Source of the DNA: Nitrospirota bacterium
Lineage (GTDB): Bacteria > Nitrospirota > Thermodesulfovibrionia > Thermodesulfovibrionales > Dissulfurispiraceae
Assembly (NCBI GenBank): GCA_963790025.1
Contig: CAWBMP010000004.1
Coordinates: forward strand, 1,536,001 to 1,600,000
DNA length: 64,000 nucleotides
Reading direction: 5' to 3'
The stretch's first letter is position 1; the number at the start of each line of letters is the position of its first letter. The notes beneath the pieces are model-generated. The model ran no database searches and was not told the origin of the DNA. It saw nothing but the letters and a program-made list of their open reading frames with translations. The position numbers were made by a program, and so were the translations under genes. Of this stretch, positions 47,255 to 58,326 are shown one piece after another.

Positions 47255-48973
47255 CTGGGCTTCTCCGGGATTCTTCCATATAAACTCGAAATTGCAGATA
47301 ATCACCAGCGGGCTGCCGGTAGCGTTTTTCACTAATTCGCCGTTGCTGTCAATGGCCAGGAGCAGGTCATTGGGCTTCAATAACGATCCATCATAGCCGG
47401 CATTCCTGAGATTCTCTTTTACCTTCTCTACCATCATACGGAATTGTGACTCATCGATAAGGCCGCGATAGACAGCCTTGGGAAGATCTATTGGGACATG
47501 CAGCGGCCCGGTTTGTTGGGCAACCCAACGGTCCGGCCCGTTATAATAGCCCCGGATGGTAATGTAATTATGATTTTCCTGCAGGATAGGATTGCCTTCC
47601 GGATCCAGGATATTTTTGTGTGATTCATATCTTCTAAGGTCCGCTGATGCCTCTACTTTGGTGCTGCCCGTCATATAAATAGCCCTCACGTACACGCAGG
47701 GGATGCCGAGTTGCGTCAACTTTTGGGCAATGGCAAATTCTTCAAAAGGACTATTGATGCCGAATTCACGTATCCTGAAAGAATATTCTTCCTCGCTCTC
47801 ATTCGGAAGCTCGCCGACGCGGGACGTTTCCCAGACAAGATGAATGTTGTCCTTGGTGATGGTATAGAATATGTCCTTGGGTTCGGACAACCTGATAGAA
47901 GGTGTTTTCCTCCACCGTTCAGGGAGAAAATAGTCGAATAAGCGGGCATTCTTTCCTACCACCCAAAGATGTCCGCCCGTACTTTCAGCGTGCCCATATA
48001 TGTAAGGCACGCCGAAGATCTCCATGACGGATAAATGGGCGGGCAGGGAAGTCGGGATAAACCGATCACGCTGATCATCCAGATAGGTATGTCTTTTGAA
48101 GTGTTTCACTTGGTCTTCGTGCTCGGCAGTGCGCAGCAGCAACTCATAATCAACCACTGAATACCTGCCCTGATTTACAAGTTGATAAATGTAGTCTATC
48201 TGGTCTTTCGAGGGATCAATTGCCCTGGTACAGCCGATCTCTTCAATGCGTTTTGTGTCTTCTCCGCCGATAATGACATGCTCAGGTTTCATGTCAGCCA
48301 CCAGATACCCCTTCTGATTAAGGTCCGACATCGCGTGGGAATTTATTTTTGTCAGGTGATGGATTTTTTCCTCAGTATTGATATCAACATGTCCGAAAAC
48401 TTCCTTTATATTGCGTCCTTCTATCCATTCGTAAATGAGCTTATATTGTTTGAGAATATCGACGTCTATGCCGGGATGCTTGGCTCGGATGCGGTTGATT
48501 CTCGCCTTGGACCTGCCGCTCTGCCACATCTGCATCTTTTCAGGCGGGACATAGATTGCAAGAGGACGCTGGGTCTTTATTTTCAGATCTCTCGGCCCGT
48601 GCCCGCCTTCCCTCATCTCCATAACCAGGGAGAACTCTTCCCAGGGGCTGTTAAATTCTGCGTCGCAAAACTCCTGCAGGGTATGGGTATTGAAAGGCAC
48701 ATCTTCACCGACGCGGCAATTCTTGACAACAAGATCGAGGCTTTTGCCGTCGACCTCTCTTGTAGGTAAGCGGTAGACAGATCCAGTGCCTTCAAGCCTG
48801 ACCTTATATGTATTGAACCAGCTTCTTTCATACCAGTTATACGAATCCAAATGCTCCTGGTATTGCTCAGCAAAGCGGGTCAAATAAAGGTCGCCGCCAT
48901 CAGAGGTTTTCACGTGTGCATACACGACCCCTAATACATTAACAAGAGTTTTTTTAGCGGTCTTTGTATGCAT
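47246..48973 (-). CDS. Internally duplicated protein with kinase-like motifs
   Basis: Two halves share RVGE, NSP(W/F)EEF, AIY and KP; the first half has VVK, DMKPEH and DYE. Confidence 0.65.
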   Translation of the reverse strand: MHTKTAKKTLVNVLGVVYAHVKTSDGGDLYLTRFAEQYQEHLDSYNWYERSWFNTYKVRLEGTGSVYRLPTREVDGKSLDLVVKNCRVGEDVPFNTHTLQEFCDAEFNSPWEEFSLVMEMREGGHGPRDLKIKTQRPLAIYVPPEKMQMWQSGRSKARINRIRAKHPGIDVDILKQYKLIYEWIEGRNIKEVFGHVDINTEEKIHHLTKINSHAMSDLNQKGYLVADMKPEHVIIGGEDTKRIEEIGCTRAIDPSKDQIDYIYQLVNQGRYSVVDYELLLRTAEHEDQVKHFKRHTYLDDQRDRFIPTSLPAHLSVMEIFGVPYIYGHAESTGGHLWVVGKNARLFDYFLPERWRKTPSIRLSEPKDIFYTITKDNIHLVWETSRVGELPNESEEEYSFRIREFGINSPFEEFAIAQKLTQLGIPCVYVRAIYMTGSTKVEASADLRRYESHKNILDPEGNPILQENHNYITIRGYYNGPDRWVAQQTGPLHVPIDLPKAVYRGLIDESQFRMMVEKVKENLRNAGYDGSLLKPNDLLLAIDSNGELVKNATGSPLVIICNFEFIWKNPGEAQLT

Positions 48974-48991
48974 ATGCCCAGCAGGGACATC

Positions 48992-50791
48992 TCATCCGAG
49001 CCGCTTGACGAATTCCTGAAACTGCCTTCTCAGTCTTTCCGGCATGTGATCACCGAACGTTGCAAAGTGATTTTCGATATCAGGAATTTCAGCCTTCCAC
49101 GCAACGGTATCTATGCTCATCAGCTCTTTCATGTCCTCATGAGGCAAAGCAAGCCCGGTCAGATCAAGGTCTCCCTCATTGGGCAACAGACCTATCGGGG
49201 TTTTCACTGCCCCCACTTTGCCTTCGACTCGCTCACACATCCACTTAAGAACTCGGCTGTTGTCACTGAACCCTGGCCACAAAAATTTGCCCTGGGCGCC
49301 CTTCCTGAACCAGTTTACATAAAAAATCCTCGGGGCCTTAGTGCCAAGCCGGTCACCCATAGCAAGCCAGTGCCCGAAATAGTCACCCATGTTGTAGCCG
49401 CAAAACGGCTTCATGGCGAAAGGATCGCGTCTGACATTGCCCACAGCACCGATATTGGCGGCAGTCGTCTCCGAGGCTGCTGTAGCGCCGACGAAAACCC
49501 CGTGGTCCCAGTTATAGGCCTCGTACACAAGCGGCACAACACCGGCGCGGCGGCCTCCGAATATAAAAATATCTATGGGCACCCCTTCCGGGTTTTCCCA
49601 ATCTTTAGACATTGCCGGGCACTGGGCAGCAGGGGCTGTAAAGCGTGCATTCGGATGGGCGGCGTCAGAAGTGCTTTGGGGCGTCCAGTCGTTTCCCTTC
49701 CAATCGATTGCATGCACAGGCTCGTCTCCGTCCATGCCCTCCCACCAGATATCGCCATCGTCAGTCAGGGCACAGTTGGTAAAAATAACATTGTTTTTCA
49801 ACGTATCCATTGCAGCGGGATTGGTGCTGTATGATGTGCCTGGAGCCACACCGAAAAAACCGTTTTCAGGGTTAATGGCATAAAGACGCCCGTCAGGCCC
49901 TATCTTCAGCCAGGCGATGTCGTCTCCAAAACATTCGCATTTCCACCCGGAAATCGAGGGGAGCATCATAGCAAGATTAGTTTTGCCGCAGGCAGAAGGA
50001 AATGCAGCTGCAATATGGTACTGTTTTCCCTCCGGATTGGTCAGACGGAGAATCAGCATATGCTCTGCCATCCAGCCTTCGCGTTTGGCCATGGCAGAGG
50101 CGATACGAAGCGCAAGACACTTCTTTCCGAGCAGGGCATTGCCGCCGTAGCCGGAACCGTATGACCAGATCAAATTCTCTTCAGGGAAATGGCTGATGTA
50201 TTTTTGCTCTATAGGAGCGCAGGGCCACAAGCTGTCTTTCTGCCCTTCGGTGATAGGGGCACCGACAGAATGCAGACAGGGGATAAATTCTCCTTCAGTC
50301 CCGAGCAGGTCCAAAATCCGTGAACTGACACGGGTCATGACATGCATGTTGATGACTACATAGGGACTGTCGGTCACCTCAATGCCTATCTTTGAAATAG
50401 GAGAGCCAATAGGCCCCATCGAAAAAGGGATAACATACATGGTACGACCCTTCATACATCCTTTATAGAGATCCAGCATCGTTTTTTTCAGTTCACCGGG
50501 GGCCACCCAATTGTTTGTAGGGCCCGCTTCTTCCCTGGAAGAAGTGCTGATATAAGTACGGTCTTCAATGCGGGCCACATCGCTAGGGTCGGTCCTGAAC
50601 AGAAAACTGTTGACGCGTTTCTTAAGCGGAATGGCAATACCGCTCTTCAGCAGCATTCCAACCATCTGATCATATTCCTCTTTAGATCCATTGCACACAT
50701 AAATACCTTCGGGTTGGCAAAGGTCCGCAACTTCCTTTATCCATCTGCCCAGTTTTTCATTCTTCATCAGCGCATTCATATTTTTTGACAT
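48992..50791 (-). CDS. pckG: Phosphoenolpyruvate carboxykinase (GTP)
   Basis: Motifs [40 protein letters not shown]. Confidence 0.97.
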   Translation of the reverse strand: MSKNMNALMKNEKLGRWIKEVADLCQPEGIYVCNGSKEEYDQMVGMLLKSGIAIPLKKRVNSFLFRTDPSDVARIEDRTYISTSSREEAGPTNNWVAPGELKKTMLDLYKGCMKGRTMYVIPFSMGPIGSPISKIGIEVTDSPYVVINMHVMTRVSSRILDLLGTEGEFIPCLHSVGAPITEGQKDSLWPCAPIEQKYISHFPEENLIWSYGSGYGGNALLGKKCLALRIASAMAKREGWMAEHMLILRLTNPEGKQYHIAAAFPSACGKTNLAMMLPSISGWKCECFGDDIAWLKIGPDGRLYAINPENGFFGVAPGTSYSTNPAAMDTLKNNVIFTNCALTDDGDIWWEGMDGDEPVHAIDWKGNDWTPQSTSDAAHPNARFTAPAAQCPAMSKDWENPEGVPIDIFIFGGRRAGVVPLVYEAYNWDHGVFVGATAASETTAANIGAVGNVRRDPFAMKPFCGYNMGDYFGHWLAMGDRLGTKAPRIFYVNWFRKGAQGKFLWPGFSDNSRVLKWMCERVEGKVGAVKTPIGLLPNEGDLDLTGLALPHEDMKELMSIDTVAWKAEIPDIENHFATFGDHMPERLRRQFQEFVKRLG

Positions 50792-50858
50792 ACTCTTTGG
50801 TATCCCCTTTTCTATTTGAAATAGCCTTTACTGCAACCCGCACTGCCGGCGTTACCCG

Positions 50859-51590
50859 CTAGAGGTTTCCACATGCCGGGCATTGGGGGTCGCCATATGA
50901 TTTATATTGATTAAACTCCATGTTTTTACCATCCCAGACGAGAATCCTGCCCTTCAGATTTTTTCCGATGCCGGTTAAGTATTTAATGGCCTCGAGCGCC
51001 TGAAGCGATCCGATAATTCCCGGGGTTGCGCCCACTACCGGAAACACCTCTGAAGGGGGGGCCTCAGGAAACATACATTTAAGACACGGGGTCTCAGGAG
51101 GACTGAGAAAACTGAGCTGTCCCTCCATGCCCCAGATGCTTCCGAAGACCATGGGTATTCTCTTTCGTATTGCAGATTCATTCAGGAGATACCGTGTCGG
51201 GAAGTTATCCATGCAATCGACGATCAATGCCGCATCACCAACAAGATCATCAACATTTTCAGCCACAATTTTATCGGTGATGGCTGTAACGGTGATGTGC
51301 GGATTCAGTTCATTCAGCGTCTGTTTTGCTGAAAGTGCCTTGTTAGTGCCGATTCTGTTATGGTTGTGCAAGATCTGCCTGTTAAGGTTTGACCAGTCAG
51401 GGGAATCGAAATCGCATATCCTGATGTTTCCTATGCCGGCCACCGCGAGGTAAATCGAAACCGGCGAACCGAGGCCGCCGGCGCCGGCAATAAAGACCGT
51501 AGAGGTCTTAAGCCTCTGCTGCGTTTCCTTCCCCCATTTATCCATGATCATTTGACGGGCATAACGCTTTAATTCTTCTTCAGACAACAT
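50859..51590 (-). CDS. ThiF/MoeB family adenylyltransferase
   Basis: Motifs RYARQ, GAGGLGSP, SNLNRQ, and two CxxC. Confidence 0.92.
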   Translation of the reverse strand: MLSEEELKRYARQMIMDKWGKETQQRLKTSTVFIAGAGGLGSPVSIYLAVAGIGNIRICDFDSPDWSNLNRQILHNHNRIGTNKALSAKQTLNELNPHITVTAITDKIVAENVDDLVGDAALIVDCMDNFPTRYLLNESAIRKRIPMVFGSIWGMEGQLSFLSPPETPCLKCMFPEAPPSEVFPVVGATPGIIGSLQALEAIKYLTGIGKNLKGRILVWDGKNMEFNQYKSYGDPQCPACGNL

Positions 51591-51599
51591 CGCTTCCCC

Positions 51600-52589
51600 C
51601 TATACCAATCCCATGATTTTTCTGACAACCTTCATCGTCTCTTCTGCCTCGTGCCGCGCCTTTTCAGCGCCTTTTTCCGCTATTTCAAACAACATATCCG
51701 GCCGCTTGACCAGTTCATTGCGTTTATTCCAAATAGGCTCAAGATAGGCAAAAATATTTTTTATGAGTATTTTTTTGCAGTCTATGCAGCCGATTTCAGC
51801 AGTCCGGCACCCATGAACGACATATTCCATTTCATCTTTCGTGGAGAAGATCTTATGCAGCTGGAACACAGGGGACAACTCGGGCTCACCTTTATCGCTC
51901 CTCCTTTTTCTCGCAGGGTCGGTCATCATAGTCCGGATTTTCTTATCAACAATATCAGGTGGATCGCTCAAATAAATGGCGTTGTCATAGCTCTTCGACA
52001 TCTTTCTGCCGTCGAGCCCCACTACCTTGGGGAACTCCGTAAGCAGCCCTTCAGGCTCGGGGAATACATCCGTTGAATAGAGATAGTTGAATCTCCGGGT
52101 AATTTCTCTTGAAATTTCGAGGTGCGGCATTTGGTCAACACCGACAGGCACATGTTTCGCCCTGTATACAATAATGTCGGCTGTCTGAAGCACAGGATAG
52201 CCCAAAAAACCATAGGTTGCAAGATCCTTTTCTTGCAATTGCTCCTGCTTCTCCTTATAAGTAGGCACTCTTTCGAGCCAGCCAAGAGGAGTAATCATGG
52301 ATAAAAGCAAATGCAATTCCGCGTGCTGGGGGACCATAGATTGGATAAATATGGTGGATTTGTCAGGATCAATCCCAGCTGCAATAAAATTTACCAGCAG
52401 GTCTGCCGTGCTGTCCTTTATTGATGAGGGGTCTGCATAGCCGGTGGTAAGAGCGTGCCAATCAGCAACAAAGTAGAAACAGTCGTATCTGTCCTGAAGG
52501 CTTACCCAGTTTTTCAGTGCGCCTACAAGGTTGCCCAGGTGAAGCTTCCCGCTCGCCTGCATCCCGCTCAAAACTCGCTCTTTACTCAT
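51600..52589 (-). CDS. trpS: Tryptophanyl-tRNA synthetase
   Basis: Motifs HLGN, YPVLQTADI, VPVGVDQ, KMSKS. Confidence 0.97.
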   Translation of the reverse strand: MSKERVLSGMQASGKLHLGNLVGALKNWVSLQDRYDCFYFVADWHALTTGYADPSSIKDSTADLLVNFIAAGIDPDKSTIFIQSMVPQHAELHLLLSMITPLGWLERVPTYKEKQEQLQEKDLATYGFLGYPVLQTADIIVYRAKHVPVGVDQMPHLEISREITRRFNYLYSTDVFPEPEGLLTEFPKVVGLDGRKMSKSYDNAIYLSDPPDIVDKKIRTMMTDPARKRRSDKGEPELSPVFQLHKIFSTKDEMEYVVHGCRTAEIGCIDCKKILIKNIFAYLEPIWNKRNELVKRPDMLFEIAEKGAEKARHEAEETMKVVRKIMGLV

Positions 52590-52597
52590 AAAATCTC

Positions 52598-53266
52598 CTA
52601 CACCATCCCGACGAGGGCCAGGAGCAGATTTATCAAAGGCATTATTACAGCACTGGCCATGCCGGTCATTACAAGTACGAGGACAATGACCATCCCGAAA
52701 GGTTCGAGTTTGCCTAATATATGTGCCTGTCTGTCAGGCAGAAATCCCATCAGCACCCTGCCGCCGTCCAGCGGCGGAATTGGAATCAAATTAAATGCAG
52801 CAAGAACGACATTTATCAGTATGCTTGCGTTCAGCATCATAGCCATCGGTTTAAGAAATTTTCCAACTACTTCTGCCGATGCACTATCCGCAAACGGCAC
52901 CACTATATGCTTTAAAACTATTACACTGAGAAGCGCAATCAAAAGATTCATCACAGGACCGCCGGCAGCTGAAATGGCCATATCGCGTTTGGGGTTCCTG
53001 AAATTATAGGGATTGATCGGGACGGGTTTTGCATAACCGAAAACGAACTGCCCGTGGGTGGAAACAAGCAGAAGCAAAGGCATGATGATAGTGCCGAATA
53101 AATCAATGTGAGCAACAGGATTCAACGTCAACCTGCCCATCATCTTTGCCGTGGGATCGCCCAATCTGTATGCAACAAGCCCATGCGACACCTCATGCAA
53201 TATGATTGCTACAAGAATCGGGACAGCTGATATAATGATCTGCCTTATAATATATTCAGGTTCCAT
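52598..53266 (-). CDS. Site-2 protease (M50) family protein
   Basis: Motifs HEVSH and NLIPIPPLDG. Confidence 0.93.
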   Translation of the reverse strand: MEPEYIIRQIIISAVPILVAIILHEVSHGLVAYRLGDPTAKMMGRLTLNPVAHIDLFGTIIMPLLLLVSTHGQFVFGYAKPVPINPYNFRNPKRDMAISAAGGPVMNLLIALLSVIVLKHIVVPFADSASAEVVGKFLKPMAMMLNASILINVVLAAFNLIPIPPLDGGRVLMGFLPDRQAHILGKLEPFGMVIVLVLVMTGMASAVIMPLINLLLALVGMV

Positions 53267-53441
53267 TTCGCCAGGCTCCAGTTAGAAGTCAAATCAGTCA
53301 AGCAAAACCCGCTGTCAATCTTGGGGTGCGGTTAGGCAGAATGTACTAATGCTTACAGTGCGTTATCCGCAGTTTAGACCATTACAACAGGAGTGCTATT
53401 ATGTCATATTAAATTGTAAAAGGTAAAGAGAAACCGAACGT

Positions 53442-53759
53442 TTATTCTCTGCTTTCCTGGAAAAACCCGATGATGAAAATAACTATCATGACAATGCCTG
53501 ACAAGGCATAAACTACCAGGCCCCAGGTTGTATTGCCGAGACGGTCGATAAAATACTCTCTGTTTGATATAAAGCCCCAATAAAAGACAAAGCAATAAGT
53601 AATCAGCAGCCCTAACTTGTGTCTGCCGAACAAGAGGCAGAATGAATTAATCACAACAAAAAGCATTACCTGTCCAAAGGGGAGCGCCAACAAATCTTTT
53701 TCAGAAACAAACTCTGAAATAAACGCCGCTACAGCATTAAAGAAATGCCCGGTCCCCAT
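53442..53759 (-). CDS. Small hypothetical membrane protein
   Basis: Three hydrophobic segments; no family recognised. Confidence 0.65.
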   Translation of the reverse strand: MGTGHFFNAVAAFISEFVSEKDLLALPFGQVMLFVVINSFCLLFGRHKLGLLITYCFVFYWGFISNREYFIDRLGNTTWGLVVYALSGIVMIVIFIIGFFQESRE

Positions 53760-53814
53760 ACGATAAATGTCTCACACCCTGCCCCGGCTTGTCAACCCGT
53801 TAACAGGCGATAGG

Positions 53815-55923
53815 CTATTTCAGCAGCCTTGAAGAATTCATAAAAACCAGCACATCAGGCATCACGTGGGCAACCGCAGCCATTGCAGGAGATAGTATCC
53901 CGGCTGATGCAAGACTGATCCCCACTATGTTGAAAAGAATTCCTGCCGTCAGGTTCTGTCTTATCACTCTTAAAGTATCTCTTCCTATTCTGACCGCCTC
54001 AGGGACCTGCTTCCATTCGTCGCGCATCAGCGCAACATCAGACGCCTCGATTGCCGCACCCGAACCCATGGCCCCCATAGCCACGCCGACGTGCGCCTGT
54101 GCAAGGGCAGGGGCATCATTGATTCCATCGCCAATCATGAGAATAATTTTCCCCTGGGACGCCAGCTCTTTTATCTTTTTCACCTTATCTTCCGGTAATA
54201 ACCGGGCCATAACATTCTTTATTCCGAGTGTTGAGGCAATAACCTGTGCTGTGCGCTCGTTGTCACCGGTCATCATAATAGGGTCATCAAACCCCAGCCT
54301 CTTCAGATCATTGATAGCCTCGACTGTCCCTTCCCTGATAACGTCAGCAATGCTTATTACGCCGCAAACCGTATTGTCGTGCGCGACGATGAGGACAGTC
54401 TTTCCCTCATCCTCCCTGTCTCTGATATAGTGTTCGATATCTTTCGAAATGAGGACCTTCCTGCTGAACAGGATTTCCCTGCTGCCCAGTAGTATCGAAG
54501 CGCCCTCAATGCCGGCCTCTATTCCCATGCCGGGGACCACACTGCAATGGTCCGGCTCCGGAACGGCAATGTTCATTTCCGATGCCTTCTTGATTATCGC
54601 TCTGGCAAGAGGATGCTCGGAATACCGTTCGGCCGCAGCGGTATATGCCATTACCCGGTCATCATTGTACCCGCCGAAACCTTTGATATCAGTGACTACA
54701 GGGTCTCCAAGCGTAAGCGTTCCCGTCTTGTCCATTACCAGCGTATCCACCTTTGCCAGTGTCTCAAGGTAAAGACCGCCTTTTATGATAATCCCCTTCT
54801 TTGCCGCCTTCCCCATACTGGCGACCATGGCGAGTGGAGTTGCGATAGCCACAGTACAGGGACACGCTACCACAACCACTGCAATAGCATTTGTTATTTT
54901 CCATGTTAGAAGAAACACCAGGACAGCGATAGCGAGAATAGAGGGGGTGAAGTACAGAGCAAACCTGTCGGCGACCTTCTGCACCCGTGACTTGGATGAT
55001 TCCGCTTCTTCCACTAGCCTGATTATCCGTGAGTAAGTCGTATCAGCGCCTGTATGTGTGACCTTTACAAAAAGGATGCCGAGATGGTTAATCGTGGCCG
55101 CATATACGTGGTCGCCCTCTTTTTTCTCGACCGGCAAAGATTCACCGGTAATCGGCGACTGATTCACCGCACTTTTCCCGGAAATAATGACCCCTTCGAC
55201 AGGTATCTTCTCTCCCGGCCTGATCACAGCTATATCGCCGGGCGTGACCTCGTCAACAGGTATTTCCACCTCTGTATCGCCCCGTTTTACCCGCGCAGTT
55301 TTCGGCGCCATCCCGATAAGTTCCTTTATCGCACCCCTCGATCTCTCCAGGGTAAAGGAATCAAGAAGCTCGGCAATAAGCATAAAAAACGCGATAATTG
55401 CAGCAGAACGGAATTCTCCGATTGCCGCTGCAGCCGACAATCCCAAAGCCATGAAGACATCTGCAGTAATCGCTTTCTCCCTGAGATCGGCAAACGCATG
55501 CCTGATAAGCGGATAACCTCCGATGGCAATGGCGACGATCGAAACCAGGTCTGCAGTGACTCCGAGAACCGTTTCCTTTTTCCGGATATAGCTGAGTATG
55601 ATAAGAAAAAACACAATACCTATCCTGGAAAGCTCAAACATCCAGGTATGTTCCGCAATTAACCTCTCAGTCCATGCTTTTCCTGATCCGGCATCATTTG
55701 GGGGAACTTTGAAGCCAAGTCCGTCAATAGCGTCAAGGATCTTTTTTTCTGTAGTCGCAGAGGGATCGAACCGCACTTCTATCTTCATTGTGCTCAGGTA
55801 AATGGCAACGCCGTGCACCCCTTCATATCGCATCAATGTTCTCTCTATCTTTTCCGCGCACGCAGCGCAATCAAGTCCGCCAACTTCGATGCTCAGTAGT
55901 TGTGTATTCAATGGTTCCTTCAT
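53815..55923 (-). CDS. Heavy-metal-translocating P1B-type ATPase
   Basis: HMA motif [31 protein letters not shown]. Confidence 0.95.
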   Translation of the reverse strand: MKEPLNTQLLSIEVGGLDCAACAEKIERTLMRYEGVHGVAIYLSTMKIEVRFDPSATTEKKILDAIDGLGFKVPPNDAGSGKAWTERLIAEHTWMFELSRIGIVFFLIILSYIRKKETVLGVTADLVSIVAIAIGGYPLIRHAFADLREKAITADVFMALGLSAAAAIGEFRSAAIIAFFMLIAELLDSFTLERSRGAIKELIGMAPKTARVKRGDTEVEIPVDEVTPGDIAVIRPGEKIPVEGVIISGKSAVNQSPITGESLPVEKKEGDHVYAATINHLGILFVKVTHTGADTTYSRIIRLVEEAESSKSRVQKVADRFALYFTPSILAIAVLVFLLTWKITNAIAVVVVACPCTVAIATPLAMVASMGKAAKKGIIIKGGLYLETLAKVDTLVMDKTGTLTLGDPVVTDIKGFGGYNDDRVMAYTAAAERYSEHPLARAIIKKASEMNIAVPEPDHCSVVPGMGIEAGIEGASILLGSREILFSRKVLISKDIEHYIRDREDEGKTVLIVAHDNTVCGVISIADVIREGTVEAINDLKRLGFDDPIMMTGDNERTAQVIASTLGIKNVMARLLPEDKVKKIKELASQGKIILMIGDGINDAPALAQAHVGVAMGAMGSGAAIEASDVALMRDEWKQVPEAVRIGRDTLRVIRQNLTAGILFNIVGISLASAGILSPAMAAVAHVMPDVLVFMNSSRLLK

Positions 55924-55963
55924 AGTGTTCAATTATACATCTAAAAATGCGTATAATAAACTT

Positions 55964-56548
55964 ATGAAGAACATTGTCCTTGCAATCACAGGCGCAAGCG
56001 GCGCTCCCCTCGGCGTGAGGGTGCTGAAAGAACTTCTGAAGACAGCTTCGGTCCACCTAATCATATCTTCAAATACTTTTCCCATTATTGCCGATGAAAC
56101 CGGCCTTAATTTTACACCTGGCCCCGAAAGCAAAATCAAAAACCATTTCGCTACGAACAATCTGTTTTTTTATGAAGACAGGCAGATGGAAGCGCCCATA
56201 GCAAGCGGTTCTTTTAAAACCGATGGCATGCTGATTGTGCCATGTTCCATGAAGACCCTGGCAGGCATTGCAAATGGCTATGCAAACAATCTGATTGAGA
56301 GGGCCGCTGACGTTACGATAAAGGAAGGCCGGCATCTTCTCCTTGCCCCCCGTGAAATGCCCTTCAGTGCAATCCACCTGGAAAACATGCTGAAGCTTTC
56401 ACGGCTCGGTGTCACCATTGCCCCGCCTGTTCTTGCATTTTATCATCACCCTGAAAATCTTGACGCAATGATCGATTTCATCACCGGGAAGATCCTGGAC
56501 AGTTTCGGTATCGAACATGCACTATTCAAAAGGTGGGGCAATGTTTGA
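55964..56548 (+). CDS. ubiX: Flavin prenyltransferase UbiX
   Basis: Motifs ITGASG, ASGS, PCSMKTL, RAADV..KE, PREMP; start at ATG 55964. Confidence 0.95.
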   Translation: MKNIVLAITGASGAPLGVRVLKELLKTASVHLIISSNTFPIIADETGLNFTPGPESKIKNHFATNNLFFYEDRQMEAPIASGSFKTDGMLIVPCSMKTLAGIANGYANNLIERAADVTIKEGRHLLLAPREMPFSAIHLENMLKLSRLGVTIAPPVLAFYHHPENLDAMIDFITGKILDSFGIEHALFKRWGNV

Positions 56549-56592
56549 CTTATGTCAAAGACGGCAAAAATGTTTTTTGATAGACTAAAATC

Positions 56593-56862
56593 ATGAAAGA
56601 GAGCTGCCCAGGAAGCAAGGAAATAACAAGGCCATACCCGGAAGAATTGATCTGTGCCTACTGCACGCACAAAAACGAGATCTGGACGGACGAGCCCGAC
56701 ATGATCTGCAGAGGGTGCGGTAAGACTATAACCCGGGACATGATCCCCTCGTGTATTCAGTGGTGTCCGGCTGCAAGGGAATGCATCGGCCACGCGAAGT
56801 ATGAAAGGCTCATGAAAAAGCTGAACGAGCAGGAAAAGTTAGCAGACGCCTCAAAAAAATGA
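56593..56862 (+). CDS. Small Cys-rich zinc-ribbon-like protein
   Basis: CPGS, CAYC..EIWTDE...CRGC, CIQWC...C. Confidence 0.75.
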   Translation: MKESCPGSKEITRPYPEELICAYCTHKNEIWTDEPDMICRGCGKTITRDMIPSCIQWCPAARECIGHAKYERLMKKLNEQEKLADASKK

Positions 56863-56864
56863 TT

Positions 56865-57059
56865 CTATAATTTTCTGCCTGCTCCCTCTGCGGCCATTAC
56901 AACGGTGCACATAAGGGCCGACGCCCATATAGTATCTGAACGTGAAAGCTGATATTCGCAGGTCGAGTCGAAAAACAGGTCCACCTTTGCTGGGAATTCC
57001 TCATCTTCGAGCCATAACACCAGCGTTATCGGGACCCGCGGCAGCGGGTAGAGCCTGAG
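56865..57059 (-). pseudogene. 5'-truncated DUF3786-like fragment
   Basis: Reads LRLYPLPRVPITLVLWLEDEEFPAKVDLFFDST...; an in-frame TAA lies 8 codons upstream and there is no start codon. Confidence 0.65.
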
Positions 57060-57100
57060 ACAGGAATGACAAACAGACGGAGTTTATGAACAGACACTAG

Positions 57101-57667
57101 TTAGCGGTCAAATGCAGTAATATCAGCAGGGTAGGTTATTGATTTATTGGCTACCTTGGCCCAAGGCGTGAGCGTATGGTCTTTGATGGAATGTGCATTT
57201 ATTATGTGTCTGACCTGGATTCCCCGAATCAGGAGCGCATCGCCTATCAGTGACCGATGGCATCGCCATGGTACAGCCTCTGCACACATGACCGCCGTTG
57301 TCTTTTCTTCCGATATCCTGATCAGGTTTTCGATATTCTCTTTAAACTCTTCAGTCTGCATGTAATCGGCGAATCCCCGAAAGGACGCATTTTTCCATGC
57401 CGTGTTCTGAGAGTCTTTAAGTGGATGGCGTAATCCGCCAAGTCCTTTAAGATGCAGGTATTCAATCCCAGCTTCTTTCAAACTTTTCTCCAGCACGTCC
57501 CCGTTAAATTGAGGGTTATGACGTGATTTCGGGATTGTCCTGATATCCACCACATTTTTTATCTCATAGCACTTCAGGAGTTCTAAGAATTCAGGGGTCT
57601 GCCTTGTAGAATGGCCCACGGTAAATATAACTGTCTTCCGGGCTAATTTAGAAGAAGAGGAACGCAT
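57101..57667 (-). CDS. DUF488 family protein
   Basis: Motifs FTVGHSTR, VDIRT.P.SR.NPQF, LGG, MCAE..PWRCHR. Confidence 0.9.
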   Translation of the reverse strand: MRSSSSKLARKTVIFTVGHSTRQTPEFLELLKCYEIKNVVDIRTIPKSRHNPQFNGDVLEKSLKEAGIEYLHLKGLGGLRHPLKDSQNTAWKNASFRGFADYMQTEEFKENIENLIRISEEKTTAVMCAEAVPWRCHRSLIGDALLIRGIQVRHIINAHSIKDHTLTPWAKVANKSITYPADITAFDR

Positions 57668-57801
57668 TGTGCTTACATTATACTGCAAAAAAAGCCTCCC
57701 GGAAGCAATTAGAAGCCTAATATATACCTTATTTCCCGTATACGCATTGCTGGCTCCAAATTCGAATGTGGTACAATGATACCGGGCAGGTAAAGCTGAT
57801 A

Positions 57802-58326
57802 ATGGTTTACATTATTATGGGTGTTTCAGGTTCCGGAAAGACGACTATAGGCAGGATGCTTGCGCACAAGCTGGCAATGAAATTCTATGATGCCGATGAT
57901 TACCATCCAAAGAACAATCTGAATAAAATGAAAAACCTTGTTGCGCTGGACGATGAGGACAGGATTCCATGGCTCTTGGACATGGCTGCACATATCGCTC
58001 AGTGGGACCGGGATAACGGAGCTGTACTTGCCTGTTCCGCACTGAAAGAGAAGTACCGCCGGATACTGTCACGGGACGGGAACCAACAGGTGACCTTTAT
58101 TTATCTTGAATGCGACAAGAATACCATCCTTGAACGGATGAAAATGAGACGGGGACATTTTTTCCCTTCGGAACTGCTGGAAAGCCAATTTGATGCCCTG
58201 GAAGTGCCTCTGGCCGGTATCCTTGTAAAAAATGATGGAACTCCAGACCTGGTCTGCATGGAAATAATCGATAAAATTACCGGCAACCGGCCGGCAGCCG
58301 GATTGTGCCGGGGCAATGAAATTTAA
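57802..58326 (+). CDS. Gluconokinase (GntK/IdnK type)
   Basis: Motifs MGVSGSGKTT, DADDYHP, ACSALK, LLESQF..LE. Confidence 0.92.
   Translation: MVYIIMGVSGSGKTTIGRMLAHKLAMKFYDADDYHPKNNLNKMKNLVALDDEDRIPWLLDMAAHIAQWDRDNGAVLACSALKEKYRRILSRDGNQQVTFIYLECDKNTILERMKMRRGHFFPSELLESQFDALEVPLAGILVKNDGTPDLVCMEIIDKITGNRPAAGLCRGNEI

Noticed and set aside
48968..49834. 288-aa plus-strand ORF and similar long antisense ORFs (for example 10577-11278 and 60535-61245)
   Set aside because: They overlap well-supported genes on the opposite strand and show no recognisable motifs.
50859..51590. ThiF/MoeB protein as part of the RiPP system
   Set aside because: It lies 10 kb away in the trpS operon and has no RRE or adjacent precursor.
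53374..53399. TAGCACTC CIRCE-like half-site
   Set aside because: The second half does not match GAGTGCTAA, and no chaperone genes are nearby.
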